A stretch of 64,000 nt of DNA. Origin: the human T2T-CHM13v2.0 reference genome, Homo sapiens. The translations under genes and the position numbers were made by a program. The DNA lies in NCBI RefSeq assembly GCF_009914755.1, contig NC_060928.1, one strand, 5' to 3'. The first letter of the stretch is position 1. Each line of letters starts with the position of its first letter. The notes beneath the pieces are model-generated. The model did not search any database and was not told where the DNA came from. It worked only from the letters and a program-made list of their open reading frames with translations. Positions 49,385-63,917 of this stretch are shown here, one piece after another.

Positions 49385-50225
49385 GAGGTCCTCAGGGGCG
49401 CAGGGCAGGGCTATCTCTCCCCTCCCGGGTGCTCTGTCCCCTCGTGGGTGGGCGTGGCCCTCAGGGGTGTAGGGCGGGGCTCCCCCTCCCGTCGTGGGTG
49501 GGCGTGGTCCTCGGGCATAGGGCGGGGCTCCCCTCCCCTCGTGGGTGGGCGTGGTCCTCAGGGGCGTAGGGCGGGGCTCCCCCGCCCCTCGTGGGTGGGC
49601 GTGGTCCTCAGGGGCGTAGGGCGGGGCTCCCCCTCCCCTCGTGGGTGGGCGTGGTCCTCAGGGGCGTAGGGCGGGGCTCCCCTCCCCTCGTGGGTGGGCG
49701 TGGTCCTCAGGGGCGTAGGGCGGGGCTCCCCTCCCCTCGTGGGTGGGCGTGGTCCTCAGGGGCGTAGGGCGGGGCTCCCCTCCCCTCGTGGGTGGGCGTG
49801 GTCCTCAGGGGCGTAGGGCGGGGCTCCCCCTCCCCTCGTGGGTGGGCGTGGTCCTCAGGGGCGTAGGGCGGGGCTCCCCCTCCCCTCGTGGGTGGGCGTG
49901 GTCCTCAGGGGCGTAGGGCGGGGCTCCCCTCCCCTCGTGGGTGGGCGTGGTCCTCAGGGGCGTAGGGCGGGGCTCTCCTCCCCTCGTGGGTGGGCGTGGT
50001 CCTCAGGGGCGTAGGGCGGGGCTCCCCTCCCCTCGTGGGTGGGCGTGGTCCTCAGGGGGCGTAGGGCGGGGCTCCCCTCCCCTCGTGAGTGGGCGTGGTC
50101 CTCAGGTTGGTAAGGCGGGGCTCCCCTCCCCTCGTGGGTGGGCGTGGTCCTTAGGGGCGTAGGGTGGGGCTCCCCCTCCCCTCCCGAGTGGGCGTGGTCG
50201 TCAGGGCGCGGGGTGGGGCTCCCCC
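49385..50225. repeat. 49-50 bp GC-box minisatellite, ~16 copies, followed by a C/T tract to 50320
   Basis: Unit gtggtcctcaggggcgtagggcggggctcccctcccctcgtgggtgggc. Confidence 0.97.
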
Positions 50226-50328
50226 TCACCTCCCTTCCCTCCCTACCCTCCCCTCCCCTTCCCTCCTCCCCTCCCTTCCCTTCCCCTCCCCTCCCTTCTC
50301 CGTCCCCTCCCTCTCCCTTCCTGGGCAG

Positions 50329-50427
50329 GCTCCCGTGTCCTCAGTATGCATCAGGTCTCCCGAACCTCACAGCCCCGCAGGGAGGAGGAGAAGGGGAGGA
50401 TTTGACTTTGGAAGTCTCTGTGACCAG
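50329..50427 (+). other. Candidate alternative PCGF3 5'UTR exon (99 nt)
   Basis: About 100 nt pyrimidine tract then gggcag|; donor CAG|GTGAGG. Confidence 0.5.
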
Positions 50428-51609
50428 GTGAGGACCGCAAGCGTAAAGGTGGTGGCAGAGTGGTCGGGGACAGGCCTCACCCACAAACATGTGGCCCCTG
50501 GATGAGCCCAGCTCTCAGCTGCTTCGTGGGACTGCAGCTGGACGCCCAGGCCCGCGCCTGCAGCAGGCGATGTGGGGCTCAGCAGAGAGCTCCAGGCTGG
50601 GCCTCTTGGTGGCGGTGATGACGGAAGTGGTGTCACGCATGCAGCAGTTTGGGTCGCGGCTTTCCGTCCCCACTGAGGGAAACTCGTGCCTGCTGCTCCC
50701 CTGGTGAAAGGTGTGGGGAGCGAAGTCCCAGTAGTGGGGTGCACCTGGCCACCCTGAGTCCCCACCAGCCTCCGCACGCGGAGCGGCCCTGCTCTCTTGC
50801 CTCAAGCACAGAAGCAAATCACCAGGCTCTGCCTGCCGTCGTGCGGTGACATCGGGGGTCACCTCCCCGAAGGCGCAGGTCTGGTGGGCGAGCAGAGCGG
50901 CTGCGGCAGCTGTCAAGGCAGGGCCTCTGCCAGCCACTGTGGCCTGGCATTGTGCCCACCCTGTGAGGGTAGGGTGGGGCCCCTGCCGCGTGCTGCCTCC
51001 GCCCCTGCCCCGTGCTGCCTCCGCCCCTGCCCCGTGCTGCCTCAGGCTCTGGGAGACACAGCCTCAGGAGACACCGTGGAAGCCGCGCCGGCCCCACAAG
51101 TGAATGGGGAGGAAGGGGTGTGAGCATACAGCCCAGACTCTAAACTGGGCCCAAGGGTCGCGCTGTGAGCCGCAGAGGGTCCAGGTGCCCAGAGCCTGCC
51201 CATCCTCATCCCACCCGGCAGCTCTGCCTTCGCGGGCTCCTCCTGCTCCTTCCGCTTTCACAGAAGACAGACAGCTCGGGGATCCTGCCTCTCTGCAGCT
51301 TTATGGACCCTCCTCAGTCCTCACTGCAGGAGGAGAGGAGGGGGTGTTGGGCACAGAGAGAAGCCAGTGCGGGGGAGCCGGGGGCTTTTGAAAAGGTGGG
51401 CTTGTCCCAGTGCACGCAGACACTGGATTGCTGACCGTGCCCTGCACATGGGAGCCTGGGACCCCGTGAGCCCAAGAGGCTCCTGCCACCCAGGCCTCAG
51501 GGCCTGCACTGTCCTCCCTGGGGGCGGCTGTCAGAGCTCAGCCAAGGATGAAAGGCATGGAAGAGTTTCAGGTGTTAATTAATCGCGTTTTCTCTTGTAG
51601 AAGCCAAAG

Positions 51610-51718
51610 ATGTTGACCAGGAAGATCAAGCTGTGGGACATCAACGCCCACATCACCTGCCGCCTGTGCAGCGGGTACCTCATCGACGCCACCACGGTGA
51701 CCGAGTGTCTGCACACCT
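51610..51718 (+). CDS. PCGF3: PCGF3 first coding exon (exon begins 51601); RING N-half MLTRKIKLWDINAHITCRLCSGYLIDATTVTECLHT
   Basis: ttttctcttgtag| acceptor, CCT|GTACGT donor; PCGF/BMI1-type C3HC4 RING. Confidence 0.97.
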
Positions 51719-52859
51719 GTACGTGCCCTGCCCGCGCCACCCAGGGAGGGCGCGCCCTTCCCAGCTCTGTGCTCTTCAGAACCTTGGCTTTTGTGTTACC
51801 ACACGCTTTTAGCTCAAGCCCGACAAAAGCAGGAACCAGGACCAGGGGCAGAGACGATCTTGAAGATAAGTCAGAAAAGTCATTTCACGCTAAAGGTCCT
51901 GTGGGTGGTGTCAGAGCAGATGAGGCCTCGCTTAGGAGAGCGAAACACAGGAGAGACCCCACATTCCTCCCACGGAGCAGCAAGGCCAGTAGCCGCTGTG
52001 ACAGTGCTCACTGCTGGCAGTTTCCAAATCTCCAGAGGAGTTCCTTAGATCCTTCAAAGGGGAACCTTCCAGTGTGTTCTTCACACCTGATGTGCGTCCT
52101 CACACCTGATGAGTCTGTGCTTTGGTGTTAGAGGACTCACACCTGGGGCTGGACCTGAGTGTTTTTCTAAGTGTGGCTACCGCTGACGGGCAGGTGCCAT
52201 CCATCAGGCTGAGGCTCGGCTCTTATGCTAACCTGAGGCCCCATGGCTGGCGGCCCTGCTGGTGTGGACGACCGCTGTGTGCGTCTCTTGATGGCTGGGG
52301 AGCATTTTGTTTAAACAGGATCTTTAAAATGAAGTGTACGCTTATAATACAAGTGATGCTTGTGTATTTCTCACTTTAGGAAATAAAATATTTGCCAATT
52401 TGATAGAATTTTGACTTTAACGTTAATCGTATTTTTAGATATTGGTTAGCATATTTTATGTTAGGTTATTTTCATTTGATTTTATCTAGTTGTACGTAGA
52501 AGATACTGTCATCTTTTAGGACAAAGTATTGTAAAATTATCTGTTTTAGCCCATGTTCTGATGACCCACAGCTCTGTCACCTTTGAGCATCATCTCCCCA
52601 TTCTAAGTTTTTTTCCCACTTAATTCCTAACCCTGCCTCTTTGAGGAAGCCCATTGACGGGGCAATTAAAACCTTCTCATTGCTCCTGAGACCAGAACGG
52701 CAAGATGTTTCCTTTCAGAAGCTGAGAGCCACAAGGAGGACAGCAGTGAGCATCTGCACAGAAACGAGCTCAGAGACGCCCGTGTTCAGTGGAGCACGCC
52801 GATGGGGTGGGCGCCCTGGCTCTAGACGCTCTCCTAACACACCTGTGCTTTGATGACAG

Positions 52860-52956
52860 TCTGCAGGAGCTGCCTGGTGAAGTACCTGGAGGAGAACAAC
52901 ACCTGCCCCACCTGCAGGATTGTGATCCACCAGAGCCACCCCCTGCAGTACATCGG
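52860..52956 (+). CDS. PCGF3: PCGF3 coding exon (FCRSCLVKYLEENNTCPTCRIVIHQSHPLQYIG)
   Basis: gacag| acceptor, GG|GTGAGT donor, 97 nt; RING C-half. Confidence 0.97.
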
Positions 52957-53193
52957 GTGAGTGTGGGCCTTCCCAGGCCACAGTACGTGGGGTGAGTGCC
53001 CCTGGGCGTCTCTGTGTGTGGGCCTTCCCAGGCCATTAGCGCTGTACTCCCATCCTGCCTTGGCAGCAGCCTCTCCTGACCAAGGGCACCCCAGGAGCTG
53101 CACACGAAGAACCTGGGTCCAGCGCTCACCAGGCCATCCTGCCAGGCCTGCCCAGGCTGTGCCTGCACATACATTTCCATCAATACTTAGGTA

Positions 53194-53722
<529 letters not shown>

Positions 53723-53923
53723 TCACCCCTGGGCCAGCCACCATTTCTGGAGAAGGCAACTCTTGCCTGGACGTCAGCAGGAGGCCAAGGGGCCAGCCAG
53801 GTGGAGCGTGTGGTTCTCACACAGATTTGGGAGGTCGTTCAGATTTGGGGGGTTGCTCCAAAGGAAGGGAAATGCTCCCCGTACCATGAGGGTAGTAGAG
53901 ATAATTCTGAAGACACATTTTGA

Positions 53924-55080
<1,157 letters not shown>

Positions 55081-55343
55081 CAGACAGAAGCACGGGTTCC
55101 CAGAAGAGCCTTCTCTGTCATTATTTGAAATGTTTGAAGCAGCCAGAGCCCAAGTTAAATGACGCGTTAATTCAGCTCATACATGGCTTTTGGTGACACA
55201 TTTTTTCATGTGTAAACTAGAAGTAAAATTCCAACAAAGCTCCAGACTGGTGATTCTGAACTTTGATATTGTTAAATGGAAAGTGTACAAGAATTATAGA
55301 ATTAACATTTCCAGCTAACTCCACCTTTCTGTTCTTTTGCCAG

Positions 55344-55399
55344 TCATGACAGAACCATGCAAGATATTGTTTACAAATTGGTACCAGGCCTCCAAGAAG
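55344..55399 (+). CDS. PCGF3: PCGF3 coding exon (HDRTMQDIVYKLVPGLQE)
   Basis: ttcttttgccag| acceptor, G|GTGAGT donor; DRTMQDIVYKLVPGL PCGF signature. Confidence 0.97.
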
Positions 55400-56445
55400 G
55401 TGAGTGTCTGACTGTCTTGCTGATCCCTGAGGTCCCAGCCTGGCCTCTGCAGCCCCTGCTCTCCTGGAAGTTTGGTTCTCGGATGGGAGGCCCCTTTCCT
55501 TTTGGCCGAATCACCGTCTTCTCATCCCTGCTCTCAGCCCAACTTCATCTCCTTGGCTGGTCTCTTCTTTCGTCTAAGATGCGTAGACATCTTTTTACCC
55601 CTTATGTGTATTCATTCAGCAAGTATGGATCGCATGTTTAGCACATGGGACCCCCAGGGCTCAACGCAGCTCCTGCCCCTCCCAGGACCCTGCCTTCTTC
55701 CTGGGCCCCACCTCCTGTCCCAGGCCTGCCTCCCCTCATCCCACAGCGCCAGCTTCCCCACAACAGAGGAGCAGCACGTTGGCATAGCGGGTAGCTGGTG
55801 TTTCTAGAAAAACTTCACCATAAAGTCAAATTTCATTTAGAATTAAAAGAAATACCAAGTAGTACAAATACCCTGAAAGTGGAAATCGGTTGCTTGGGGA
55901 TCGCTCAGCTGAAAGCTCCCCAGCTCCCGACACTCTCACGGTGGTGGCCCTCCGCTGGCGACCGGCAAGGAGGCCAAGGAGGGGCCAGGTCAGCGCCAGG
56001 TGGGCTGTCCTGGTATTCTGCTCATCAGACCTTTCAAAGGCAGATAGAGAAGCTGAGAATTCACTTGGGCTGGTTCTCACTGTATCTCAGAAGAGGGTTG
56101 GAATTCAAAACACAGCTGAATATGCCAGATCCGTAGAAACCGTATCTCGCCTTTAATGCGTGACCCAGAGAATCATACTGTTAGAGGCTTCTTCCCTACT
56201 CACAGAGTTCATTCATGCAGGAAGAATTTAGATTTCCTGAGTAAACGTAGATAGAAACAATTAGTCTTTTAATATCTGAAAGTTTTTTAGTCCTGAGAAA
56301 AGGCAAAGGATACATTCGAGTTAAATGCTGACACCTTAAGAAACGTTTGCACCGAGTGTTTCAGACGCGTAGCAGTGGGCGGGATCGGGGCGGGACCCCA
56401 AGTTTTGTGACCCCCGCCAGTGCTGACACTTTAAGAAACGTTTGT

Positions 56446-56783
<338 letters not shown>

Positions 56784-57057
56784 TTAGCAGTGGGCGGGAT
56801 CGGGGCAGGAACCTCGAGTTTTGTGACCACCACCCCCCGCCAGCAGTTTCTAGGCGTGGCCGTCCTTGCTGCACCTGCTGCTCCCTCAGCCTCACCCCGT
56901 GGCCTTTGATCTGTAAAGGCTGCAGTACGTATCCCCAAAAGATAAGGGTTCTTCTTAAAGCTCATAACCACAATACCTTGATAATGTTTAGGAAAATAGT
57001 AGAGATTCCTTAATACCAAATAGCCACTCAGTGCTGACATTTCTAGTTGTCTCATAA

Positions 57058-57369
<312 letters not shown>

Positions 57370-58483
57370 GTTTTTGTTTATTCCAATCAGGATCCAGAGA
57401 ATACCACTGACTCACGGGCCTCTTTCTGGTTCCTGCCTCTGCCTTCCCATTGTCCTGGGTTGTCCTGCGGCAGTGGACCTGGGTGCGTTCCACCCGTGTT
57501 TTTGGGAAGCCCGCTTCTGGGCATCCATCAGGGCAGGTGTCGTCCATGTGCTGAGCCGGGTGGCACTGAGATCTGCATGCCACCTCCGTTCCATCGCTCG
57601 TCTCCACGTGTTAGTTGGAGTGTGCGTCCAGCCTGGAGCAGGTTGTATGTTCTCGTCCACCTCAGCACGCTCTTGTCCGGTGTGGACGCTGCCAACTCCA
57701 CTCTACGTTGAAGAAGTCGAGAGGCAAGAGGTTCCGGAGTGCTCCAGATTGACACCCCCAGGGCACGGTGGCCCCGAGCCGCCTCCCTGACCAGCTCCTG
57801 TCTCTGGCCACCATATTTTCCGTTGAGTCAATATTCTTTTTCTTGTTGTTTCTCAAGCTTTCAGTCATTTGTGGCTCTTTAGCAGGAGGATTCTAACTTT
57901 AAAACTATTAGCAGTGCACCTATTTTCTTGATGGAGGCTACTTGCAATTTGTTTAGTTTTATCTGTGGTGCAGACAATTGCAAACCTCATTTCTCCGACC
58001 AGAGGCCTCTTCCTGAAACGCGCGTTAGCTGCGAGGATGCAGTGGTGAGGCGAGGTGTCAGCCCTTGAGGGTCCAGGTGTCTGTTTTGGAGGAGACGCCA
58101 ACACGGTCCTGCCCCTCCCACCTGGACTCCGGGCAGGCCCTCAACGCTGTCCCCGCACCCCCACATGGTGGGGGCTTGCTGGAAGAGAGTTCCCTGCTAG
58201 ATCAGAGGTGGGGTTAGGTTTTTAGTGGTTTGTTGTTTCTTTTTGTTTTTATAAATTATTTTAGAAACCTGTCTTCGTAGAGGCAACATGTTTAAAACAT
58301 TTATCAAAGTGTCCATTCTCAGTCTCAGCCCACTCTGGGCTCTTTCACTCGGTGGGCGTGTCATGGTCTTTGGTGTGCCAGGCTCCTGTCCGTTCCTGGT
58401 GAGGGCTGTGGGGCTCACGCACTCACCAGTCCTCTTTCCGTGGATCCTGAACATGCCTGTCACCTCTTGCTTTAGAAACGTGG

Positions 58484-58550
58484 GGGCCGGACACAGTGTC
58501 TCATGCCTGTAACCCTAGCACTGTGGGAGGCCGAGGCAGGAGGATCCCAT
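58484..58550 (+). mobile_element. Alu head fragment
   Basis: ggccggacacagtgtctcatgcctgtaaccctagcac...ggaggatc. Confidence 0.8.
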
Positions 58551-59200
58551 GAGCTAAGAATGTTTCTTTACATTTTTAAATAGTTGGAAAAAATCAAAAG
58601 CAGCGTATTTTATGATGTGATAATTTAAGAATTGAAATTTCATGGTGCGTAGCCTGGTTGGAACCAGCCCCACTGGCTCAGCTGTGGTCGCTTTCACCCG
58701 TAAGCCCGTCCGTGGTGCAGCTGAGTGTGTGCCAGGAGTGTGCTGCCTGCCTGCCGGTGGCTTTGGGCAGCCCTCTGCACCGTGGCTGGAACTCATCGTC
58801 ACTGCATTGGGACGTTTTCATGACGACGTCAGAACGAGGAAAGGAGAAAAGGGGACTTTCAGGGCTGCACTTCGAAGCCGCAGTGAACTCTGGATTATTT
58901 TGTTGTTGAACTGTCATTGTTGATGGCAAAGCACCGACTTTCTCATCCGTCATACTGTAGCTATGCTGAGAGCAAACAGCCGACGATGGAGTCACTGACT
59001 CAACACCAGCAATATCCCCACTCACAGGAAAGCAGTATTTAGACACCAGCAATATTCCCTACTCACAGGAAAGCAGTGTTTACAAAATGCTGAAAATTTA
59101 AAATGGAATGTCTCATCACAGCAGAATTTCTTCTCAGAAGTGAAAATGAAGATATGGCTGTAGTCAGAATAAGCTTCCAATTGGCTGATTCGTTAGCGTT
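58551..59200 (+). mobile_element. hAT-Charlie (Charlie1/MER58-like) relic including decayed transposase 5' region
   Basis: gagctaagaatgtttcttacatttttaaatagttgg...; decayed peptides DYFVVE, DGKA, LTGKQ, ENLKWNVSSQQNFF resemble Charlie transposase. Confidence 0.65.
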
Positions 59201-59271
59201 ATGCCAACAGTGAGCTCCTCAGATCAGGCTGGACTGCCGCAGCTCAAGAGCAATGTCCAGAGACAGTGAGC

Positions 59272-59583
<312 letters not shown>

Positions 59584-59979
59584 CCAATAAATGTTTCAGT
59601 GCCTGTATACACCTGACACTGAGTGCTGCTATTTTTAATCCTTCTTTATTCTTACAGGTGAAAATTAAAGAAATGGGAACTAGAGCCAAGGGTCAGGGTC
59701 TGAAGCTGAGTTGCTTTCCACTGTGTCCGTGGGGCTCTCTCCTTTGCACGGACCTATGTGGCCTGTTGTTCCCGTCACGGCTCTTCTGCAGACTGATGGG
59801 AACAGCCTCCTGCTGTCAGCCCCTGTCTTGCAGGCCTCCATTCCAGCTGCTGGGATGTGATTATTTAAGGGAAACATTTTCTTTCAAGCTGCTCTCAGAT
59901 TCTCCAGGCTAATCTTTCAGCATTTCCCTTGTGAGGCTCCAGCACTCCATCCACCTGCGGCCGGCCCCACCTATCCCCT

Positions 59980-60165
59980 TGGCTCTCAGGGTCCCCTCCT
60001 CTCTCTGCCCAGGCTCTCGGGGTCCCCTCCTCTCTCTCTCCCCAGGCTCTCGGGGTCCCCTCCTCTCTCTGCCCAGGCTCTCAGGGTCCCCTCCTCTCTC
60101 CCCAGGCTCTCGGGGTCCCCTCCTCTCTCTGCCCAGGCTCACGGGGCATCCTCCTCTCTGTCCAA
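59980..60165. repeat. ~29-33 bp C-rich minisatellite, ~6 copies
   Basis: caggctctcggggtcccctcctctctctgcc. Confidence 0.92.
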
Positions 60166-61350
60166 GCTCGTTGCCTCACGCGGGCATTGGTCCCTGCACG
60201 GTTGGTGTTTGTGAGGCAGCTGTGTAGGTTGGGGTATGCCCAGAGCGTTTCCCTGGCCTGGCCGAGCTCATGGTATGTAGGGAGGAAATCGTGGATAAAA
60301 AGTTTGGTGAAGAATTCCTTGGTCACGTAGCACATACGTTACTTTTCAGAGTGATGTCTGGGTTGCGGTTTGAGCAGCTTTTTTCTAACCTTTCTTTGCT
60401 ACCTACTGTGTGTTCCCGAGCAGTGACCCACGTCGTCCACTGTGTCCCCTGGGTGTGAACTAAGGTCACCCTTAGGGGGCCTTTGCCGAGAGTCTGTTTG
60501 CTTTTCCCTGGAACCTGCGAGGTTCTGGCCAGCTCTTGCTGGCCATCCCTGGAGGGTCAGGCCTCCTCTGGTCCGGCCAGAGGTGACCCAATGGCAGGTG
60601 TGGGTGAGGATGCTGCGGCCCGTCTGCCGCCGGGCAGTCTCCTCCCTGGAATTTGTGCCTGTGGCTGTGGCCACAGACACCAGGGGGCGCTCTTAACCCA
60701 CTGCCAGGCAACGGTGTGCCAGAGCTCATAGCTGTGAGCAGCCCTCCCTGCAGGCTGTGGACTCAGGCGCCTGGGACACATGGTCCCCGGGGCTCTCGGG
60801 CCCTCGAGGGCTCTCTTGGGGTTCCTCAGTGGTGGCCTTGGGTACCTGTGAGCCGGCAGGATCTGCCACTGCGCAGGAGCGTGGGGGGAACCCAGTGGCA
60901 GGTTCATCTCTGAGCTGCGGGTGTCCAGGCAGTCCACTGGCTCAGCCGTGAGGTCAGCAATGATGTCTGGCATGGCACTGCTGTGGCCACAGTGTTTATC
61001 AACCCCTGGTGACGGGTGGTTCTGCGCCATTGGACACTCACAGGCAGTGGCTGAGGTGGGGATGACAGTCCCGCACCTGGGTTTCCCAGGCCCCGTGCCT
61101 GTCCTAGGCCTGGAGCAGCCGGTCTGCGACTCAACGTCCCACGTGGGTTGGTGGGGCGGGTGCCCGGGGGGTGCGCTTCCCGCTGTGCTGAGCCCCCAAA
61201 ACATCTCAGTCTTAATTTGCTGCTTTCTTATTAGTAGCCTTCAAACTTCATAATGCAAATCCCTAATTTTCTTTATGTGATGTTTATGAACAGAAGTTTA
61301 ATAGAATCCACTGCCTGTGAGATGAAAGACTGTGTGTTGATTTTCCGCAG

Positions 61351-61461
61351 CGGAAATGAGAAAGCAGAGGGAGTTCTATCACAAATTGGGCATGGAGGTG
61401 CCGGGAGACATCAAGGGGGAGACCTGCTCTGCAAAACAGCACTTAGATTCCCATCGGAATG
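61351..61461 (+). CDS. PCGF3: PCGF3 coding exon (AEMRKQREFYHKLGMEVPGDIKGETCSAKQHLDSHRN)
   Basis: ttttccgcag| acceptor, G|GTGAGT donor, 111 nt, phase 1-1. Confidence 0.96.
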
Positions 61462-62476
61462 GTGAGTGCCCTGCGTGCCCATCCAGAAGCCCCGGGAATC
61501 CCCTGCATGAGGCCTTTTCTTAAAGAGCTGGCGCTGTCTGCCGGCCCCTCCCACACGCACTCACGGGAGAACGTGGGGGAACCTGAGGGTGTGGGGCGGT
61601 TAGGGTTCAAGGCGTTCCTCCTCACTCCTGGTACCAGTGGGAACGTGGGCAGAGGGGAAAAGCCAGCAGGGGAGAGCAGGAGGGCCCCCCGAGAGTGTCT
61701 GGGGGGCAGAGGTCAGGGTTCAGAAGGCCTGTGGAAAGAGTAGTGGAAGGTGAACTTCCTGAGACTTCACTTGGCTTGCTTTACTGTAAAATGGCAAAAT
61801 AATGGTTTGGTTTCTGTGTAAAGGGAATGGTATGTTGAAATCTGAGGGTATCACAACAAACGTTCATGTCTTGAGGACATTTTATTTTCCTAATGGACCA
61901 CACCAACTCTTAGGAAATGTTTAGGCTCCTCCGGGCGTCTGTGACAGTTGGAGGGTGGGAGGGGCCTGGCTCTGTCACCCCCACGGCTTTGCGGGTCCCA
62001 GGAAGCACAGCCATGAGGCGTGGTTAGGAAGCGAGTCTGGGAACCAAGCAGTCCTGTCAGAACCCTTTTACCTGAGGGGAAGTTTTCATTTTAAAAGCGG
62101 TGTTGAAACAGTGGATTTTTAGGAGAAGGCTTTCAGATCGAGGGGCTGATGTGGTCAGCACTGAGCAGCTCCGGGCGGGCCTGGCCATGTGGCCAGTGCG
62201 GAGCGTGTCTGTGTCCCACGCCGGCTCCGGCTGCCCCGTCTCTGTCTCCTGTGCTCCCCACGCCTGCACCCCACAGGCCCACACGCCCGTTCTGCATCCT
62301 GGGGAGACCCCTGCAGACACTTTGCGGACGGCTTTCCTTTGACGCTTACTCCGCTCCGGGGGTCCAGAGTCTCTTAATGGAGTGAATTTTTGACGGCATT
62401 TGGAGTACAGTGTAGTTTTTTAAATGGCTTGACAGTTTGGATTTCATGGTGCGCTATGTTCTGTTTGTGCTAAAAG

Positions 62477-62565
62477 GTGAAACCAAAGCAGACGACAGTT
62501 CAAACAAAGAGGCCGCGGAGGAGAAGCCGGAGGAGGACAACGACTACCACCGCAGCGACGAGCAG
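62477..62565 (+). CDS. PCGF3: PCGF3 coding exon (GETKADDSSNKEAAEEKPEEDNDYHRSDEQ); CDS continues right of the window
   Basis: aaag| acceptor, CAG|GTGGGC donor; cumulative 462 nt = 154 codons. Confidence 0.95.
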
Positions 62566-63154
62566 GTGGGCGGGGCCCGGGGGTCGCTGCAGTGTTAGTG
62601 CTCGCCGTGGAGGCGTGAGCAGGTGGGCGGGGCCCCGGGGTCGCTGCAGTGTTAGTGCTCGCCGTGGAGGCGTGAGCAGGTGGGCGGGGCCCCGGGGGTC
62701 GCTGCAGTGTTAGTGTTCGCCGTGGAGGCGTGAGCAGGTGGGCGGGGCCCCGGGGTCGCTGCAGTGTTAGTGCTCGCCGTGGAGGCGTGAGCAGGTGGGC
62801 GGGGCCCGGGGGTCGCTGCAGTGTTAGTGCTCGCCGTGGAGGCGTGAGCAGGTGGGCGGGGCCCCGGGGTCGCTGCAGTGTTAGTGCTCGCCGTGGAGGC
62901 GTGAGCAGGTGGGCGGGGCCCCGGGGTCGCTGCAGTGTTAGTGCTCGCCGTGGAGGCGTGAGCAGGTGGGCGGGGCCCCGGGATCGCTGCAGTGTTAGTG
63001 CTCGCCGTGGAGGCGTGAGCAGGTGGGCGGGGCCCCGGGGGTCGCTGCAGTGTTAGTGCTCGCCGTGGAGGCGTGAGCAGGTGGGCGGGGCCCGGGGGTC
63101 GCTGCAGTGTTAGTGTTCGCCGTGGAGGCGTGAGCAGGTGGGCGGGGCCCCGGG
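62560..63154 (+). repeat. 57-58 bp VNTR (~10.4 copies) that starts inside the exon and repeats its 5' splice site
   Basis: gagcaggtgggcgggg at 62560, 62617, 62674, 62732, 62789, 62846, 62903, 62960, 63017, 63075 and 63132. Confidence 0.97.
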
Positions 63155-63607
63155 CCTCCGGGACACTCCTGTATTAGTGCTCCTGTAATAGTGCAGTCCT
63201 GGGAGCACCGAGGGAGGGCTCACACCAGAAACCTTCCCTGGGGATGAAGGGAAGCAGTGACAGCCAGCACCCAAGGGCTGCTGTTTTCTTCCTCCCGACT
63301 TCTTCCTTTTTCTTTTTTTTTTAATTACCAGAGGAACACGTGCTTAGGGTAAAGCATGGCAGATATAAAACATGGCAGGTCAGCGGCCGGCTCTGGCCTC
63401 AGCCCCATGGCCCACGTTTTGTGCCTTTTCCTCCGGGCGCGTCTCTGTGCTCCGTGAATGTTACGTGAAAGAAAGTAAAGCCTGGCAGTGTGTTGAAAGG
63501 AAAGTGAGAGTGAACGTCGAGGGCCTCTTCGTGTGTCATTTACTGTATTACCAGATGAAGACAGAAAAACTACACGGTCACAGAGATGCAGTAAAAGAAT
63601 TTGATGA

Positions 63608-63917
<310 letters not shown>

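Noticed and set aside
51719-52131. Extension of the PCGF3 first coding exon to a 173 aa ORF
   Set aside because: RING homology stops at the 51718 donor and resumes at 52860; the remainder is intron read-through.
62471-62482. AG|GTGAAA at the exon start as a recursive splice site
   Set aside because: The reconstituted donor is weak, the intron is only ~1 kb, and the sequence is explained by Gly-Glu codons.
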